Shown: piece after piece, positions 12,989 to 27,242 of the stretch
Layout of the letters: the number at the start of each line of letters is the position of its first letter
How positions within the stretch are numbered: the first letter of the stretch is position 1
NCBI GenBank assembly: GCA_951406725.2
Contig: OX597837.1
Span: forward strand, 47,554,001-47,618,000
Length of the DNA stretch: 64,000 bases
Origin: Octopus vulgaris
Taxonomy: Eukaryota
Direction: 5' to 3'
The notes under the pieces: generated by a model
Databases searched by the model: none
What the model was told of the DNA's origin: nothing
The model's input: the letters and a program-made list of their open reading frames with translations, nothing else
Position numbers and translations under genes: made by a program

Positions 12989-13637
12989 TCAAAATAAGCA
13001 ACAAGGATATCCAAAGGTAATGCAGTACGATCGTTTCATGCGACTCCATTTAATTAAACAATGCAAGTATTATACTAGTTTTAAAATGTAGAGCAATCTT
13101 CAGCTGCATAAAAATAGAATTTAGTTAAATTTAAAAGATTCATTTTTATACTTATTCCATTTACCAACATCACAAAGAGGATAAGTAGGTAGACAGAGAA
13201 ACAAGTTTAATCAACAGAAACATGGTAGTAATTAATATTTTTTCATGGAGAAACTGCTTATCATTAGTAAATCTAAATAGCAAAGTTAAATAAATGCTAA
13301 GCAGTGTCTTCATGAAAAAATATTAATTACTACCATGTTTCTGTTGATGAAACTTGTTTCTCTGTCTACCTACTTATCCTCTTTGTGATGTTGGTAAATG
13401 GAATAAGTATAAAAATTAGTCTTTTCAATTTTATGCAGCTGAATATTGCTCAACATTTTCAAACTGGTGTAATACTTGCATTGTTTAATTAAATGGAGTC
13501 GCATAAAACGATCGTATTGCATTACCTTTGGATATCCTTGATGCTTATTTTAATTATAATCACCCCATTTTGAATTATATGGATAATACCTACCAAATTC
13601 TGGTGCCTTTAACTTAAGTTCCATATTCAACTGAATC
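12988..13637. mobile_element. Palindromic HHR element between (TA)n tracts
   Basis: Inverted arms 12991-13265 and 13293-13551, 27-nt spacer, unique right tail ending ATTCAACTGAATC. Confidence 0.88.
13020..13109 (-). ncRNA. Type I hammerhead ribozyme, intact core, extended stem/loop II
   Basis: Minus strand ATGCAG-CTGAAGA-(about 60 nt closed by TGC/GCA)-GAAA-CGATCG-TA-CTGCAT; the + copy at 13433-13522 has core mutations (CTGAATA, AAAA). Confidence 0.8.
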
Positions 13638-13827
13638 TATATATATATGTATGTATGTTTGTATGAATGTATGTATGTATGTATGTATATACAAATTGCA
13701 TAGTTTTTTATTGTTTTATTTGTTTCAGTCATGTAACTGCGGCCATACTGGAGCGAGGCCGTTGGTCGACATGATAGATCGTTAGCCACTACACATTCTT
13801 TATTTTCCCTCCTTGTTTCTTTCTGTG

Positions 13828-13880
<53 letters not shown>

Positions 13881-13902
13881 TGTGTGTGTGTGTGTGTGTG
13901 TG

Positions 13903-13967
<65 letters not shown>

Positions 13968-14057
13968 AGAGTTTACGAAAAAAACAACAAAAGACGAAGA
14001 CAGTTGGTGTACAAAACAAACAGATGTATTAGTATAACGCTCAGAAATAGAAAAAGT

Positions 14058-14093
14058 CTTTTACGTTTCGAGCCTATGCTCTTCTACAGAAAG
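14058..14093 (-). ncRNA. Variant minimal hammerhead in a short element (13964-14120) between (TA)n
   Basis: Minus strand CTTT-CTGTAGAA-GAGCatagGCTC-GAAA-CG-TA-AAAG; first core box non-canonical. Confidence 0.55.
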
Positions 14094-14837
14094 AGACACA
14101 GAAAACAAGGAGAGAAAATATATACATATATATATTATATATATATATTATATATATATTATATATATTATATATATATACGACAAACAATTAATATACC
14201 TCAACTTTAGAATAAAAGAAATATATACACACACAAATATTACACTCCATAGAATCCATTACTAATCAGCCCCATCACTTACACCCATTCATATTCTCCC
14301 TTCTCTGTTTTTTTCTTCTTCTTCTTCTTTCTCTTCTTCATCATCATCATTATCATCATCATCGTCGTCATCATCATCACCACCATCATCACCACCATCT
14401 TCACCACCATCTTCTCCTTCTCCTTCTTCTTCTTCTTCTTCTTCTTCTTCTTCATCATCATCATCATCAACATCGTCATCTTCTTCTTCTACTACTTCTC
14501 CACCTTCCACCCCTTAACCTTGTCACTAATGTCTTTCAGTATAACGCCTACGCAAATTCCATAAACAATTCCTGAATTGAACTGCGACTACTGTCAGCAA
14601 CTGACCATTCAAAATACGACCATTAAGGCATTCCCAGATTTCCCCACCCCCTCTCCACATCAGCCTCATTATTCTTCACCTATCCTACCAAGAACTCAAA
14701 ACGACCTCGAACACACAAGTGCAAACAAGGGAGTCAGAGAAAGGCAGAATGCTACTTATATCTGAACACTACTACAGAAATATTTTTTTAAAAAAACTTT
14801 TCTTCTAATTTTTCTAAATTTAATTATTTAATCGTTA

Positions 14838-14875
14838 CAGTTGAAAAGGTCTCAAAATGACCGAAACCGGTACTG
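14838..14875 (+). ncRNA. Degenerate minimal hammerhead of Penelope pLTR type
   Basis: CAG-TTGAAAA-GGTCtcaaaatGACC-GAAA-CCGG-TA-CTG; about 55 nt upstream of (TA)n. Confidence 0.55.
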
Positions 14876-14924
14876 AAAGATTCACTATAAAATCATCTTA
14901 GCATTTTCTATTTTTGACTTGTTT

Positions 14925-15004
<80 letters not shown>

Positions 15005-15738
15005 GTAACAACAGCCGTTCGGCATAATCCCACAGGTCCGAAATGGTTGAACACTGCATGAGTGCGTGCAGAACGGATTCGTCACTCTGATCGCATCTCG
15101 GGTAAGTCGGTCCGGTGTGTCTCGAACCGTGCCTGTAGAGCTTATCCCGAACAGGTAATGCTTCTCGATAGCACTGTCAGGCCAGGGATCTTTGATGATT
15201 TTCCATAGGTCACAGCCCGAAAGTTGTCCTGAACAGGCGGGTCAGGTGTATCTCGTCGACGCCCAGATTCTGCCCGAGAACGTCGTCGCACCTCCCCTCC
15301 ACTAACCCTCTATAGAACGCCTTTGTTGTAATGAAGTCGCACAAGTTTGGTCCCGGACGACAGAGTTGCTTGAGAGCAACACGACACTCGCGGTGCCATT
15401 CGCCCAGCCTCGGTCTCTGCTTGATCCACGACTGCAGTTCGGTCAAGGAGACGAGTTGCAGGAAAGCGCGCCGCACAAACGGCGACCACACCTGTTCACC
15501 GTCGTCTATGAAGCGCCGGAGATGTCGCAGTCTCAGCGCATGTCTCCGCATCATCAACCACGGTATGCCTATCCCTCCATTTAGCGGGTGTTGACAGCAA
15601 ATGGATCGGCTAACCATCGGAACGCTTCCCTTCCACAGGAAGCGGAAGAGTATGCGTTCCAGTTTGGTGATGGTAGGGTCGGGACAAGGCACGACGGTCA
15701 GGTGGTATTCGATGACGGATGCGATGTACGCCCGACCT
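15005..15738 (-). mobile_element. L1/Tx1-clade LINE ORF2 C-terminal fragment
   Basis: [25 protein letters not shown] thumb region in ORF 15210-16085, then a degraded LPVRDKL..C...ESVLHALMQC zinc knuckle near 15050-15170. Confidence 0.8.
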
Positions 15739-15841
15739 TTTAGGTAGATAGATAGATAGATGGATGGATGGATGGATGGATGGACGGACGGACGGACGGA
15801 CGGACGGACGGACAGACAGACAGACAGACAGACGGACAGAC

Positions 15842-15913
<72 letters not shown>

Positions 15914-16566
15914 GGATGGATGGATGGATGGTTGGATGGATGGATGATGGATGGATTGATGGATGGATTGATGGATGGATGGATGGATGGATAGATAGAT
16001 AGATAGATATGCATATGTGTATACGTGAGTGTATTTGAGCGCGTATGTACACGTCTGTATGTATACGTATATTTATGCACATCATTCTAAAAAAAAAGAT
16101 TTATGCATGTATGTATGTATGTATGTATGTATGTATGTGCATGTGTGTATGTATGAATTGTATGTTTGTGTGATTGTGTGTGTATGCGTGTGTGTGCGCG
16201 CGCACTCGCGTAGAAGTGTCACCGAGTATAGATCGTATGAATGCCACAGTCTCATCTAAAATATATTAACCAACCCCGATAACATTTACCAAGAAATCTT
16301 TACAGATGTAAGGGAGACAAAAATGTGTTGATTTTTCTCAACTGTCCTGATATCTCCCAGTAAAAATAGTAAAAGTTGATGGAAGTGAAGAGAACGAGGG
16401 ATGTTCTGTGACAGCAAATAGAATGGAATAAAGTTTATGTTGCGGAGGAAGGAAAAAGAAGTCTCGATTTCCGAGAAGAATTCTTTTTTGGAACAAATTA
16501 AAATCTGAAAAGAGACGTGGTGTGTAGGAGGGCTGCTTTATCTTATCTCTATATTTTATATATATA

Positions 16567-16911
16567 CGAGAGTCAAAAAGTGATGCCATTTTCTTTAAGA
16601 CAGGTATAATTACCAACACAGGAACATGTGTCATACATCAAAATGAAGCTGGTCCTCTGTGGATCACATCCCTACTTCTCAACATAGTCACCGTTTCTCC
16701 CAATAGCAATGTTCCATCTTCGAATAAGAGCATGTATCCCTGCCCCGTAAAATTCTGGTGACTGTTCTTTGAGCCACTTCTTTACTACAGTTTTCACTTC
16801 CTCGTCTCCAGATTTAGCACCTTCAGACTTCGGCCCCATGAAAGAGAGGCAAACATTAATCCAGTGACGAGGCACGAAAACAAAATGGCATTGCTTTTTA
16901 ACTCACCCTCG
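16567..16911 (-). mobile_element. Internally deleted mariner element
   Basis: TA-flanked imperfect TIRs (CGAG..AAAAAG..ATGCCATTTT); transposase C-terminus DEEVKTVVKKWL..FY..GI.AL..RW..GDYVEK. Confidence 0.85.
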
Positions 16912-16914
16912 TAT

Positions 16915-17010
<96 letters not shown>

Positions 17011-17024
17011 TCTTTTATTATTTT

Positions 17025-17419
17025 ATTTTGACTGCGGCTATGCTGGAGCACCGCCTTTTGTCGAGCAAATCGACCCCAAGAGTTATTCTTTTGTATGCCT
17101 GTTACTTATTCTATCGTTCTTTTATGCCGAACCGCTGTTACGGGAACATAGACATACCAACGTCGGTTGTCGAGCGATGTTGTGGGGACAAACACGGACA
17201 TACAAACACACACACACATACACACACGCACACACACACACACATGCACACACACACACATATACGACGGGCTTCTTTCAGCTTCCGTCTACCAAATCCA
17301 CTCACAAGGCTTTGGTCGGCCCGAGGCTATAGTAGAAGACACTTGCCCAAGGTACCACGCAGTGGGACTGAAACTGGAACCATGTTGTTGGTAAGCAAGC
17401 TACTTACCTCACAGCCACA
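17025..17419 (-). mobile_element. tRNA-derived SINE, family A, with internal (CA)n
   Basis: Minus-strand A-box/B-box head, CCTTGGGCAAGTGTCTTCT core; homologous to 37051-37464. Confidence 0.85.
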
Positions 17420-17441
17420 CACACACACACACATACATACT

Positions 17442-17542
<101 letters not shown>

Positions 17543-17672
17543 CCCAGACAAGCAAGCGACAGATTTCCGTGACAGGAATTTTATTACAATTGATCCGCCA
17601 GATAAATCAACCTCAACCTCTTTTCAAAATTTCTCACCCGTTAGCCTTGGGGTAAATAATAAAAATCATTAT

Positions 17673-17705
<33 letters not shown>

Positions 17706-18580
17706 TTACAAAAGTAAGCGATAAACACTTCAAAATTTGAAGTGCTTCTGGTTTATCTTTTTTTTTTCCTGTCCAAGTTTTAAATAAACCTGAGATGCTT
17801 TAAACCCTGTCTCCTTAGGCCGAGCCCACCCTACCACTACCCGCTTAGTGTTGTCAGTGATAAGGCGAATGTCGGGTGATGTTTCTTAATGTTGTGACCG
17901 AAATAACAAACAAAATCACAACTTTAATGCAAGAAAAACACCTGACTAATGTAGACCTTGATATACCAAACATATATTCAGACGGGATGGTCATGATTAG
18001 AACACATTTGGGCCACAAACCTGCTCAATGAGGAATGCTTTAGGGTTAAATAACAACAATAATGATGTTACTACAACAACAACAACAACAGCCGCGGCAG
18101 CAGCAGCAACCGCAGCAGCAGTAATCACATCAACAAGAACAGAGACCAAAAAAGGAGAGAACCTCTACGTGGTCACTCAACCTCGCAAAAATAGCAACGA
18201 AATCTCCCTCAAATTACGACATTCCTCCAGAAAAACAGGAACACTCATTGCATTCTGGTTGTTGATACATTGTTACAAGAAATAGGAAGAGATAGTCATG
18301 ACTGGAATGCCTTTCATCATAGGTCAGCTCGTTAAAGCCTGGCGCGTGAGAAACTGATAGATGAATATGTATGAGTTATTAAAATAAAATAAAAAAACAG
18401 CGAGAAAAAGTTGATGTTGAAATGGCGGGAAAATACAGATGTTGTGGCGGGAAAGTGAAATGTTGAGAGGTTGAATGTGGCGGGTGAGAAGGGTCTTTAC
18501 AAGTACATCCGCCATGGCTGGACATCCGCTTTTATAGTTCTAGTTCCTATCACAGCTTTCTTTCTCTCTCAATTTCTCTT

Positions 18581-18648
<68 letters not shown>

Positions 18649-18704
18649 AATGTATGAATATCTGTATATGTCAGTATATACACCCCCACACCCCCACACA
18701 CCCA

Positions 18705-18761
<57 letters not shown>

Positions 18762-18883
18762 CACAATCAAGGAACGGCCATAATAGGCCATTCGCCCACT
18801 AGAAATAACAGCCAAAAGCTTTAACCGCAAAATAACGTCAATTCCGTAAACCAGGAGAAAATTAAAAAAACATTTACCCTGTA

Positions 18884-18990
18884 ATTTCTTAGACGATGCA
18901 CCGTTTCATCTACTGTTTAATGGAAAACTAACCTGATTAAATTAAATCAAGCCAATCTACCATAGGCCCTTAGATTCATCAGTAAGAAAT
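18884..18990 (-). ncRNA. Type I hammerhead ribozyme (minus-strand copy)
   Basis: Reverse complement of 19213-19319. Confidence 0.85.
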
Positions 18991-19212
18991 AGCCAAGCCG
19001 GAACAGATATTTTTCACGAGGCATTCTCGTTGCTACCTCGTCAATATCTGACCTAAAATTTTCAAATCGTCGCACTCGCGCCAAATTTATCGGCAGCAAA
19101 TAAATATAAGCCGCCGATTCCATTACGGAATTAACCAGAAAATTCATAATTAATCAATATAGGGTGGCAAAAAAACTTTTGTAGAATTCTTTTGCCACCA
19201 TCCGGCTTGGCT

Positions 19213-19319
19213 ATTTCTTACTGATGAATCTAAGGGCCTATGGTAGATTGGCTTGATTTAATTTAATCAGGTTAGTTTTCCATTAAACAGTAGATGAAAC
19301 GGTGCATCGTCTAAGAAAT
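19213..19319 (+). ncRNA. Type I hammerhead ribozyme with canonical core and extended stem II
   Basis: ATTTCTTA-CTGATGA-ATCTA..(58 nt)..TAGAT-GAAA-CGGTGCATCG-TC-TAAGAAAT; predicted GUC cleavage after 19311. Confidence 0.87.
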
Positions 19320-19603
19320 TACAGGGTAAATGTTTTTTAATTTTCTCCTGGTTTACGGAATTGACGTTATTTTGCGGTTAAAGCTTTTGGCTGTTATTTC
19401 TAGTGGGCGAATGGCCTATTATGGCCGTTCCTTGATTGCGATGTTGAACTTAAAAATGGTTTATGACTATTTAATTTTTTCCCACTAGGCCGCTGGTGGC
19501 AAAAGAATTCTACAAAAGTTTTTTTGCCACCCTATATTGATTAATTATGAATTTTCTGGTTAATTCCGTAATGGAATCGGCGGCTTATATTGTTCCTCTC
19601 CCC

Positions 19604-19799
19604 ATTGTTCCTCTCCCCATCGCTTGACAACCGATGCTGGTGTGTTTACGTCCCCATAATCTAGCGGTTCGGCAAACGGTATCGATATAATAATTACTAG
19701 GCTTACAAAGAATAAATTCTGGGGTCAGTTTGCTCGACAAACGGTGCTACTCCAGCATGGCCACAGTCAAATGACTGAAACAAGTAAAAGAATAAAAGA

Positions 19800-19800
<1 letters not shown>
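19604..19800 (+). mobile_element. 3' half of SINE family A
   Basis: CGCTTGACAACCGATGCTGG..GCGGTTCGGC..CCAGCATGGCC.CAGTCAAATGACTGAAACAAG. Confidence 0.75.
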
Positions 19801-19840
<40 letters not shown>

Positions 19841-19996
19841 TCACACACGCTCATATATAGAGAGATAAAATAATTTTTTTTAAGAATTGAAACCGAAGGA
19901 CATTTGGATTGCGTAAATAACTCAATACAAGCTTTGAATCTAATACAAAGGCATATAAGTGCATACATTTCGAAGTCACTATCAATGATGGTACAG

Positions 19997-20041
<45 letters not shown>

Positions 20042-20138
20042 TCAAACAAACAGGTTCCAAAAGAAACGCTTGAATGTAAACCTTAGCTACATTGTAATAA
20101 TGTTACTTTTATTTAACCGGGTACGCCCTACAGGGCAT

Positions 20139-20189
<51 letters not shown>

Positions 20190-20249
20190 CACATGTATAC
20201 ATTCATACATGTCAAAACAAGCAGAGAATAGGCAGATAGATAGAGAGAG

Positions 20250-20319
<70 letters not shown>

Positions 20320-20327
20320 GTAGATGT

Positions 20328-20373
<46 letters not shown>

Positions 20374-20417
20374 GGACAGACAGACAGACAGACGGACGGA
20401 CAGACAGACAGACAGAC

Positions 20418-20508
<91 letters not shown>

Positions 20509-20536
20509 TACATACATACATACATACATACATACA

Positions 20537-20567
<31 letters not shown>

Positions 20568-21744
20568 TCAAACTCTAGACCTGACTATCTCTGATTACTT
20601 CTAGCCATGACAATCACACGAACGAACGGAAAGTACAACACATATAACACTGTAAGAAAACAACTACATCATCATCATCATCATCGACAACAACAACAGC
20701 AGCTGCAACAACGACAACAACAACAACAACAAGACTAAGAACAAAAGAATCCTCTTAAAGTGCACACTTCCTCTTCGACGTATAAAGGTCGTTCGTCAGC
20801 GGTGAACAATTGTTGGTTGAATGTGAGCTGTGTTGGGTGTGTGACCCACATAGGAAGGAGTACTGCCCCTGTGTCACCGACCGCTTAGTTACTGTTAGTG
20901 TTGGCTCAACTGGGTGAGACTTTGTCCATCCACCACGTGACAGAATTGCTGGAATGACGGACAGAAAATATTTTGCAGTATTCGTTGCGTCTCTTGCCGT
21001 TCTGAGTTCAAATCCCGTCGGTAGTCGACTTTGTCTTTTGTTTTCCGTGGTAAATAAAAGGTACCCGTTGGGGACTGAGGCCCAGTTTCAAAACAACTTC
21101 AACTGTGAAACGTAGACCAGCGACACTGTCAAGAGTTGGAGTGACTGACAAAATACTTTGATCCTTTTGATCCCAGCCCGCTTGGGACCGCCCCAAGGTC
21201 TAGGGTACAAATTTCATGTTTGAAGTGATCTAAATTAAAAGCTTCCATCAAAATGTTTATTTATGTTGCAAACGCTAGCATGACAAAGTTATTTGGCTAA
21301 TTTCTTCATTAGCTTCAAAATTAATTGAACAAAGACAGTGAATCGCAACAAAAATTTAGCAAGCAAATGGTTAAATATACAGACATATTTGAACCATGAA
21401 TTTGTGTAGATATTTAATGTGGGAACAAGAATGTGCTGCGAGATGATTATAATAAGTATACAGACCCCGCTAACCCCCTTCGCTTTTCATCTTTCCGGGA
21501 CCGGTTAAAATAAAATATCAGAGCTATAGTTGTTGTTGTAAAGTCCCAGGTCAACAGAGCTCTATGGCACCTTGGTGTGAGCAATCAGCAGATCCATTGT
21601 ATTCTGTGGCACACGAGTTTGGAGAGAGGGAAACCAATCTCTTCGGCTTTTGGGTTGGCACGAAAACGTAACAGCAAGAAAAGACCCAGATGATTACATT
21701 GTCGAGTATCTCGTACCAAAAATGTCAACTTTTAATATAAACAC

Positions 21745-21782
<38 letters not shown>

Positions 21783-22310
21783 GTTTCGTGTAATTATGCA
21801 CTTGTTGCATAAAACACTCATTTGCATCACCCGCTTTCATGTACCTTATATCTGTACAACTGTTTACCTGCCCTCCTATATTCTAATCATTTATCTACCC
21901 TTCGGCATTATTTCTCCCTATCCAACTCCTTCAATCTATCTGTTCTTCTAAGCAAACCCTGAGATCTAAACATCTTCCCAACCCTTCAGTTCACCCCTCT
22001 ACACATTTATATACAACTCCCTAATAACCTTCTTTCTCTCAAACCCCGTCCTTTCACTCTTCCATTATTGCTTTTAGTTGTCCTTCTTGTTCGCTCAGCA
22101 AAGAGAATTACGAGATCTATTTACATCTGTTTAATTTGTCATTGCAAAGGCTTCAGAAAAAAACAAAACTGTTGTTAAACTGCTTTTGAATCTGTTTTCG
22201 GGTTCTTATACATGCTGCGTTCTGTATACGCTTACATGTATGTATGTACGTACATACGTAACATGTATATACATATACACACGCATACATTACATACATA
22301 CTCACAGATG

Positions 22311-22341
<31 letters not shown>

Positions 22342-22568
22342 ATACATAACTATTGGCTCACAGATGTGTTGTTTCATCTCCTTATCTATCTTCTGCTTCC
22401 TGGCCACCGCCCGACACAATCCCATCCAGGATACCCGCTTCTTATCTTTCACCCGGCATCCTTTCTTTCCTCTGTCCATTAAACTACAAATTAAATACTT
22501 TGCTCTAATCATTTCTACCCCAGTCCTGCACCCAACCACAGAGGCACTGATGGATACATGTACCTGCA

Positions 22569-22599
<31 letters not shown>

Positions 22600-23255
22600 G
22601 CGCATGCATGCATACCTATTCAGACGAATAAGCAAATCATGCACGCACATATGTATGTGTGTACATGTGTGTATCTGTGCGTGCGTCTATGTGTGTGTGT
22701 GTAATTGAGGGCTTAGGTAAAATCCTGGCAATCACTTTGGTAGCGCTTCATGCTGGAACCTGATTATCGATGTAAAGGTTTCACCTTTTAATTAACCAAA
22801 GAACGATAAGCTGTACTTCGGCCAATTATTAAAAGCACACTCCGCTAATCCAACGCATGTATATCGAACTGCTATGTTAGAATCCTCACAGAATGAATAA
22901 CAATAATTTTAATTGAAGAAAAGAAAAATCAAAACAATGTTACGTACGTTTCGGTGAACAAAAGTCATTTATTTCATATTACATACAATATTCCTTTCTA
23001 CTCAAGGCAGAAGCAGAAGGCCCGACATTTTGGGGGAAGGGGCCAGTCGATTAGATCGACTCCAGTATGCAACTGGTACTTAATTTATTGCATACAATAT
23101 TGTGCAGTTTTATGTAATTAACATCGTCACCTTCTAATGTACTGGTTCTTCCGCACGTATCACCGACCTTTTCACCAGTACCTCATGGAAAGGATTAATT
23201 CAGACGTTTATTGCATATGGATAAAGCTGATCGTAGACTGATCGATCGTCTTAGG

Positions 23256-23515
23256 TAGTGGTTCGCAATCGGAGCCCATTTGGCCCGTGCGGTTCAACAA
23301 AAGATTTTGTTGTTAACATCTATCTGCAATAAATTGCTTATAATTCTACGACACACAAAACATTTTAAGAATCTTGTTTTTGTTTTTTCCTACAATTCTT
23401 AATAATATTTTTTGTAAAAATATGAAGACTTATTTAAATATCGAATAACCATGAAGTCCAAGCGCTAAAATCAGAATCACAGAAGTCCACGGGCGAAAAT
23501 GGTTGATAAGCACCG
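23256..23515. mobile_element. Degraded hAT-type MITE
   Basis: TAGTGGTTCGCAATC and GGTTGATAAGCACCG imperfect TIRs; 8-bp near-TSD GTCTTAGG/GTCTCAGG. Confidence 0.6.
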
Positions 23516-24081
23516 GTCTCAGGGAATATTTGATGGACATTCCGCTAAAAACAAAATAGCGCCTGTCGCATGTCGCATGTCACCTGTTCCTTGTCTCTTC
23601 CCTACCCTGTGCCATTTCCCACCCCCAACCTTCTCTCTCGTTCGATTCTCTTTCATTCAACATCGCTGAACTCCGGATCATTAAAGCATCGTCACTGTTT
23701 CCATGTCATATCTTGGACATGGAAAACAAATTGTTTTCCGCTTCAACACGGTTACTCCGTTGGTTTTCCTTTTCCACCTCTTCATACACGTCTACATATG
23801 CACCTTACACACACACACGCATGCGCACACGCACACGCACACGCACACGCACGCGCGCTACGACACCAGTTATTATCATCGTTCTCAATTTTATCTCAGT
23901 TCCTTTTCCTCCTCCTCCTTCTCTTCAGCCAAACTCAATCGGTGCGTCGAACTTCAACCCGAATTATCAGTTCCTTGATACAACGACTGTTATAACCGCT
24001 TCGCCGCACCCAATGCAACTTCCTCACTAACCAGGTTTCTCTGGATAACAGCAATGGTGATGGGGAGGGGGTAGCGGAGTA

Positions 24082-24243
24082 GGGTGGTGGTGGTGGTGGT
24101 GGTGGTGGTTGTGGTGGTGGTGGTGGTGGTGGTGGTTGTGGTGGTGGTGGTGGTGGTGGTGGTGGTGGTGGTGGTGGTGGTGGTGGTGGTTGTTGTGGTG
24201 GTGATGATGATGGTGGTGGTGGTGGTGGTGGTGGTGGTGGTGG

Positions 24244-24274
<31 letters not shown>

Positions 24275-24296
24275 GCTGGTGCTGGAGGTGGTGGTT
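24082..24296. repeat. (GGT)n microsatellite
   Basis: Direct reading; explains the poly-His and poly-Val ORFs. Confidence 0.95.
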
Positions 24297-24755
24297 AGTT
24301 AACAGCAAGGTGTCTGTCGACGTGTGTAGTTGTCAAGGTTACAGAATTTTGGATGACGGAAAACATTGCAGCTTTCATGAATGTGTGTGTGTGTGTAACT
24401 GTATGTATGTGTATGTGTGTGTGAGTCTTTACAAGTGTGTGTTTGTGTGTGTGTGTGTGCTTGTGTGTGTGTGTTTGTGTGTGTTTGTGCTTGTTGTTTA
24501 AGCCATATCACACCTGATTTTGAAAACCCACGATTAAAAGCTCCCTAGGCATGGCTATCCCTTGTATATGTATGTATGCATGTTTGTATATATTATGTAT
24601 GTATGTAATGTATGTGTAAAGGGAAAGAGAGAGAGAGAGAGAGAGAAATACATCAAATAACATTATTTGCAATATTCGTGTTCATATTCTTTAGACACTT
24701 GCCCTCGCCTCTTTGAGTTAATTCTCTTTGCTCATTATTGTTTATTTTATTTCTA

Positions 24756-24798
<43 letters not shown>

Positions 24799-24825
24799 AT
24801 ATATATATATATTGAGAGAGAGAGA

Positions 24826-25021
24826 GTAAATCCAAAACAGAAGAGCAAAAACAAAAAAAAAAACACAATAACGCGAGGACGTGTTACATGTAAAGTATTA
24901 ACAGAGAAAGTAAGAAAGATGGATTAACGTTTCAAGTAGACGCTCTTCTTCGGAAACAGAGGAAAGCCCAATAGAAGGGAAGACGGAGGAAGAAAATCGC
25001 CAACGATTCACATGTGGCTAC
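24826..25021 (-). mobile_element. Short HHR element, decayed relative of 27111-27316
   Basis: Shares AACGCGAGGACGTG, GAAGGGAAGACGGAGGAA and AATCGCCAACGAT; degenerate HHR 24923-24956 (CCGAAGA..GAAACGTT). Confidence 0.65.
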
Positions 25022-25022
25022 G

Positions 25023-25080
<58 letters not shown>

Positions 25081-25389
25081 TAAATTAGAGACAAAACCAC
25101 TATTATGCAAATCAAACAAAGACTTAAGCCAATACATAAAATAATTTATATAATTAAATTTAATTAAAATTAATTAAATTAAATTAAATTAATTAATTAA
25201 TTATATAATATAATATTTTACTACAAAATTGGATTCAATCCTAAATCTGATTTTTCCCTGTAAATTTGGATTTATTCCCTAATATTTATTATTATATATA
25301 TATATAATATATATATGATGATGAGTTGATGTATCTATATCTATATCATCCAGCCATATGGCTTCTCTACAGGTCACACACTACATTAA

Positions 25390-25442
<53 letters not shown>

Positions 25443-25904
25443 CTATCTATCGACCGTTTGTCTGTCTACTTATTTATCTACCTTTCTACTTATATCGTTT
25501 TCGAAACCCATAAACCCTTTATATACTCTTAATCTTTTACATCCATGAACCTTTAATACTTTTCTAGCCATAAATCTATCACAGAAAACTAAACCTTCTC
25601 CTCACACTTTCCCCTCACACCTCTTCTTGTTACATTTACCTTTTTTAATTTAGCCTAAAACCCATTTTCACCTGATGACATAGCACACATTCTGCATTAT
25701 TTTGGAAGAATTTTATACAGTTTGCATCAGTGCAGACGTGTAGGTCGTTCATCTTTTATTAAATATGGTACTATAAAGTTATTTACATGTTTTTTGAGTT
25801 ATGAAACAAATTTGTTGAGATATTTGGAATTTTTTGAAGTTAAATAAAGATTCATCTCAATATTTCTCTGTCATTTGTGACTGTGTGTGTGTGTGCGTGT
25901 TTAT

Positions 25905-26102
25905 CCCCATCGCCGCTTGACAACCTGTGTTGGTGTGTTTACGTCCTCGTAACCTAGCGGTTCGGCTCAAAGAAACCGATAGAATAAGTATCAGGTTTTA
26001 AAAGGAAAAAATTAGTACTAAGGTCGATTCATTTGACTGAAAGTTCTTCAAAGCGTTGCCCCAGCATGGGCGCAGTCTAAATGACTGAAACAGATAAAAG
26101 AA
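25905..26102 (+). mobile_element. 3' half of SINE family A
   Basis: CGCTTGACAACC..TGGTGTGTTTACGTCC..AATGACTGAAACA. Confidence 0.7.
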
Positions 26103-26109
26103 TATATAA

Positions 26110-26177
<68 letters not shown>

Positions 26178-26668
26178 ATGTATGTATGTATGTATGTATA
26201 TAAATGTGCACGCACGCAACCACCACTCATGTTCACAGTGGGGTATATTAGGTGTGTGTATATAAAAGCGTTGTAGACAGTCAACAAACCACTTATAACC
26301 TGAACATTGGTCAAAGAAGAAAGAAGAAAAAAACCAGAAATAGGAAAGCCTCCTTCACTTGACCTTCTCTTGTAATGTAAAACTTTTGTCTTCTCACCAC
26401 TAATTGGTTAATTCGGTGGTTTTTTAATAGAAAAACAAACAATACTAACGGATACTCCCTCCCTCTCTACATATTCCTCTGTGTCTGTCTTTCTTTCTCG
26501 CTCTCTTTCTCTCACTTCCTCTGTCTTTCTTTTTCGCCATCTTTCTCTCTCTCTCTCTCCCCCCTTTTCTCTTTCTTTCTCATAATAATGCATACATATA
26601 TGGAAATAGATATGAATATGTTTGTATGTTTGTTCTGAGTAAGTGCGTGTGCGCCTGTGTATGTGCGG

Positions 26669-26776
<108 letters not shown>

Positions 26777-26903
26777 GTGTATGGGTGTGTTGGGGAAGTG
26801 CATGCATGTATATATTTATATACATATTTATTTATAATATTAACTGTCACGGTCCTCTGAACTTTTGTTCGTTTTAGCTCTCGTCAGTTGTATTTGCCAT
26901 GAA

Positions 26904-26956
<53 letters not shown>

Positions 26957-27209
26957 CACACATAGAGAGTAAACAAAAGTTTATGATCAATCAAATTGTT
27001 GTTGCCTGCACCCTATCACCATAGTGTGCCTGCATAACCATGCACATGGGTAGCATAGGTAATTCATACCGATAGTAAATACGGACACATGTACACACAT
27101 ATATATATATGGTTAATCCAAACATGAACAAAGAGAAAATACAACAACGCGAGGACGTGGAACAAGTATAGTATTATTGGACGCTCAGGAAAGAAGGAAA
27201 AAAGGAGGA

Positions 27210-27242
27210 TTTAACGTTTCGGGCGGAGCTCTTCGTCAGAAA
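27210..27242 (-). ncRNA. Minimal type I hammerhead within a short element (27111-27316) flanked by (TA)n
   Basis: Minus strand TTT-CTGACGA-A-GAGCtccGCCC-GAAA-CG-TT-AAA. Confidence 0.72.

Larger units (their letters stand above)
18760..19591. mobile_element. Interleaved inverted-repeat HHR element (A-X-B-A'-Y-B'), retrozyme-like
   Basis: A 18760-19002 = reverse complement of 19201-19442 (about 2 differences); B 19103-19200 = reverse complement of 19494-19591; left flank (TA)n. Confidence 0.9.

Noticed and set aside
12991-13551. ADAR (A-to-G) signature fixed between palindrome arms
   Set aside because: The arm differences I compared are mixed transitions and transversions with no A/G bias.
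25668-25746. HHR-like CTGATGA..GTAGGT
   Set aside because: No GAAA box; at best a heavily decayed PLE-type ribozyme.
26843-26895. Minus-strand CTGACGA with a plausible stem II
   Set aside because: Lacks GAAA and a closing stem I.
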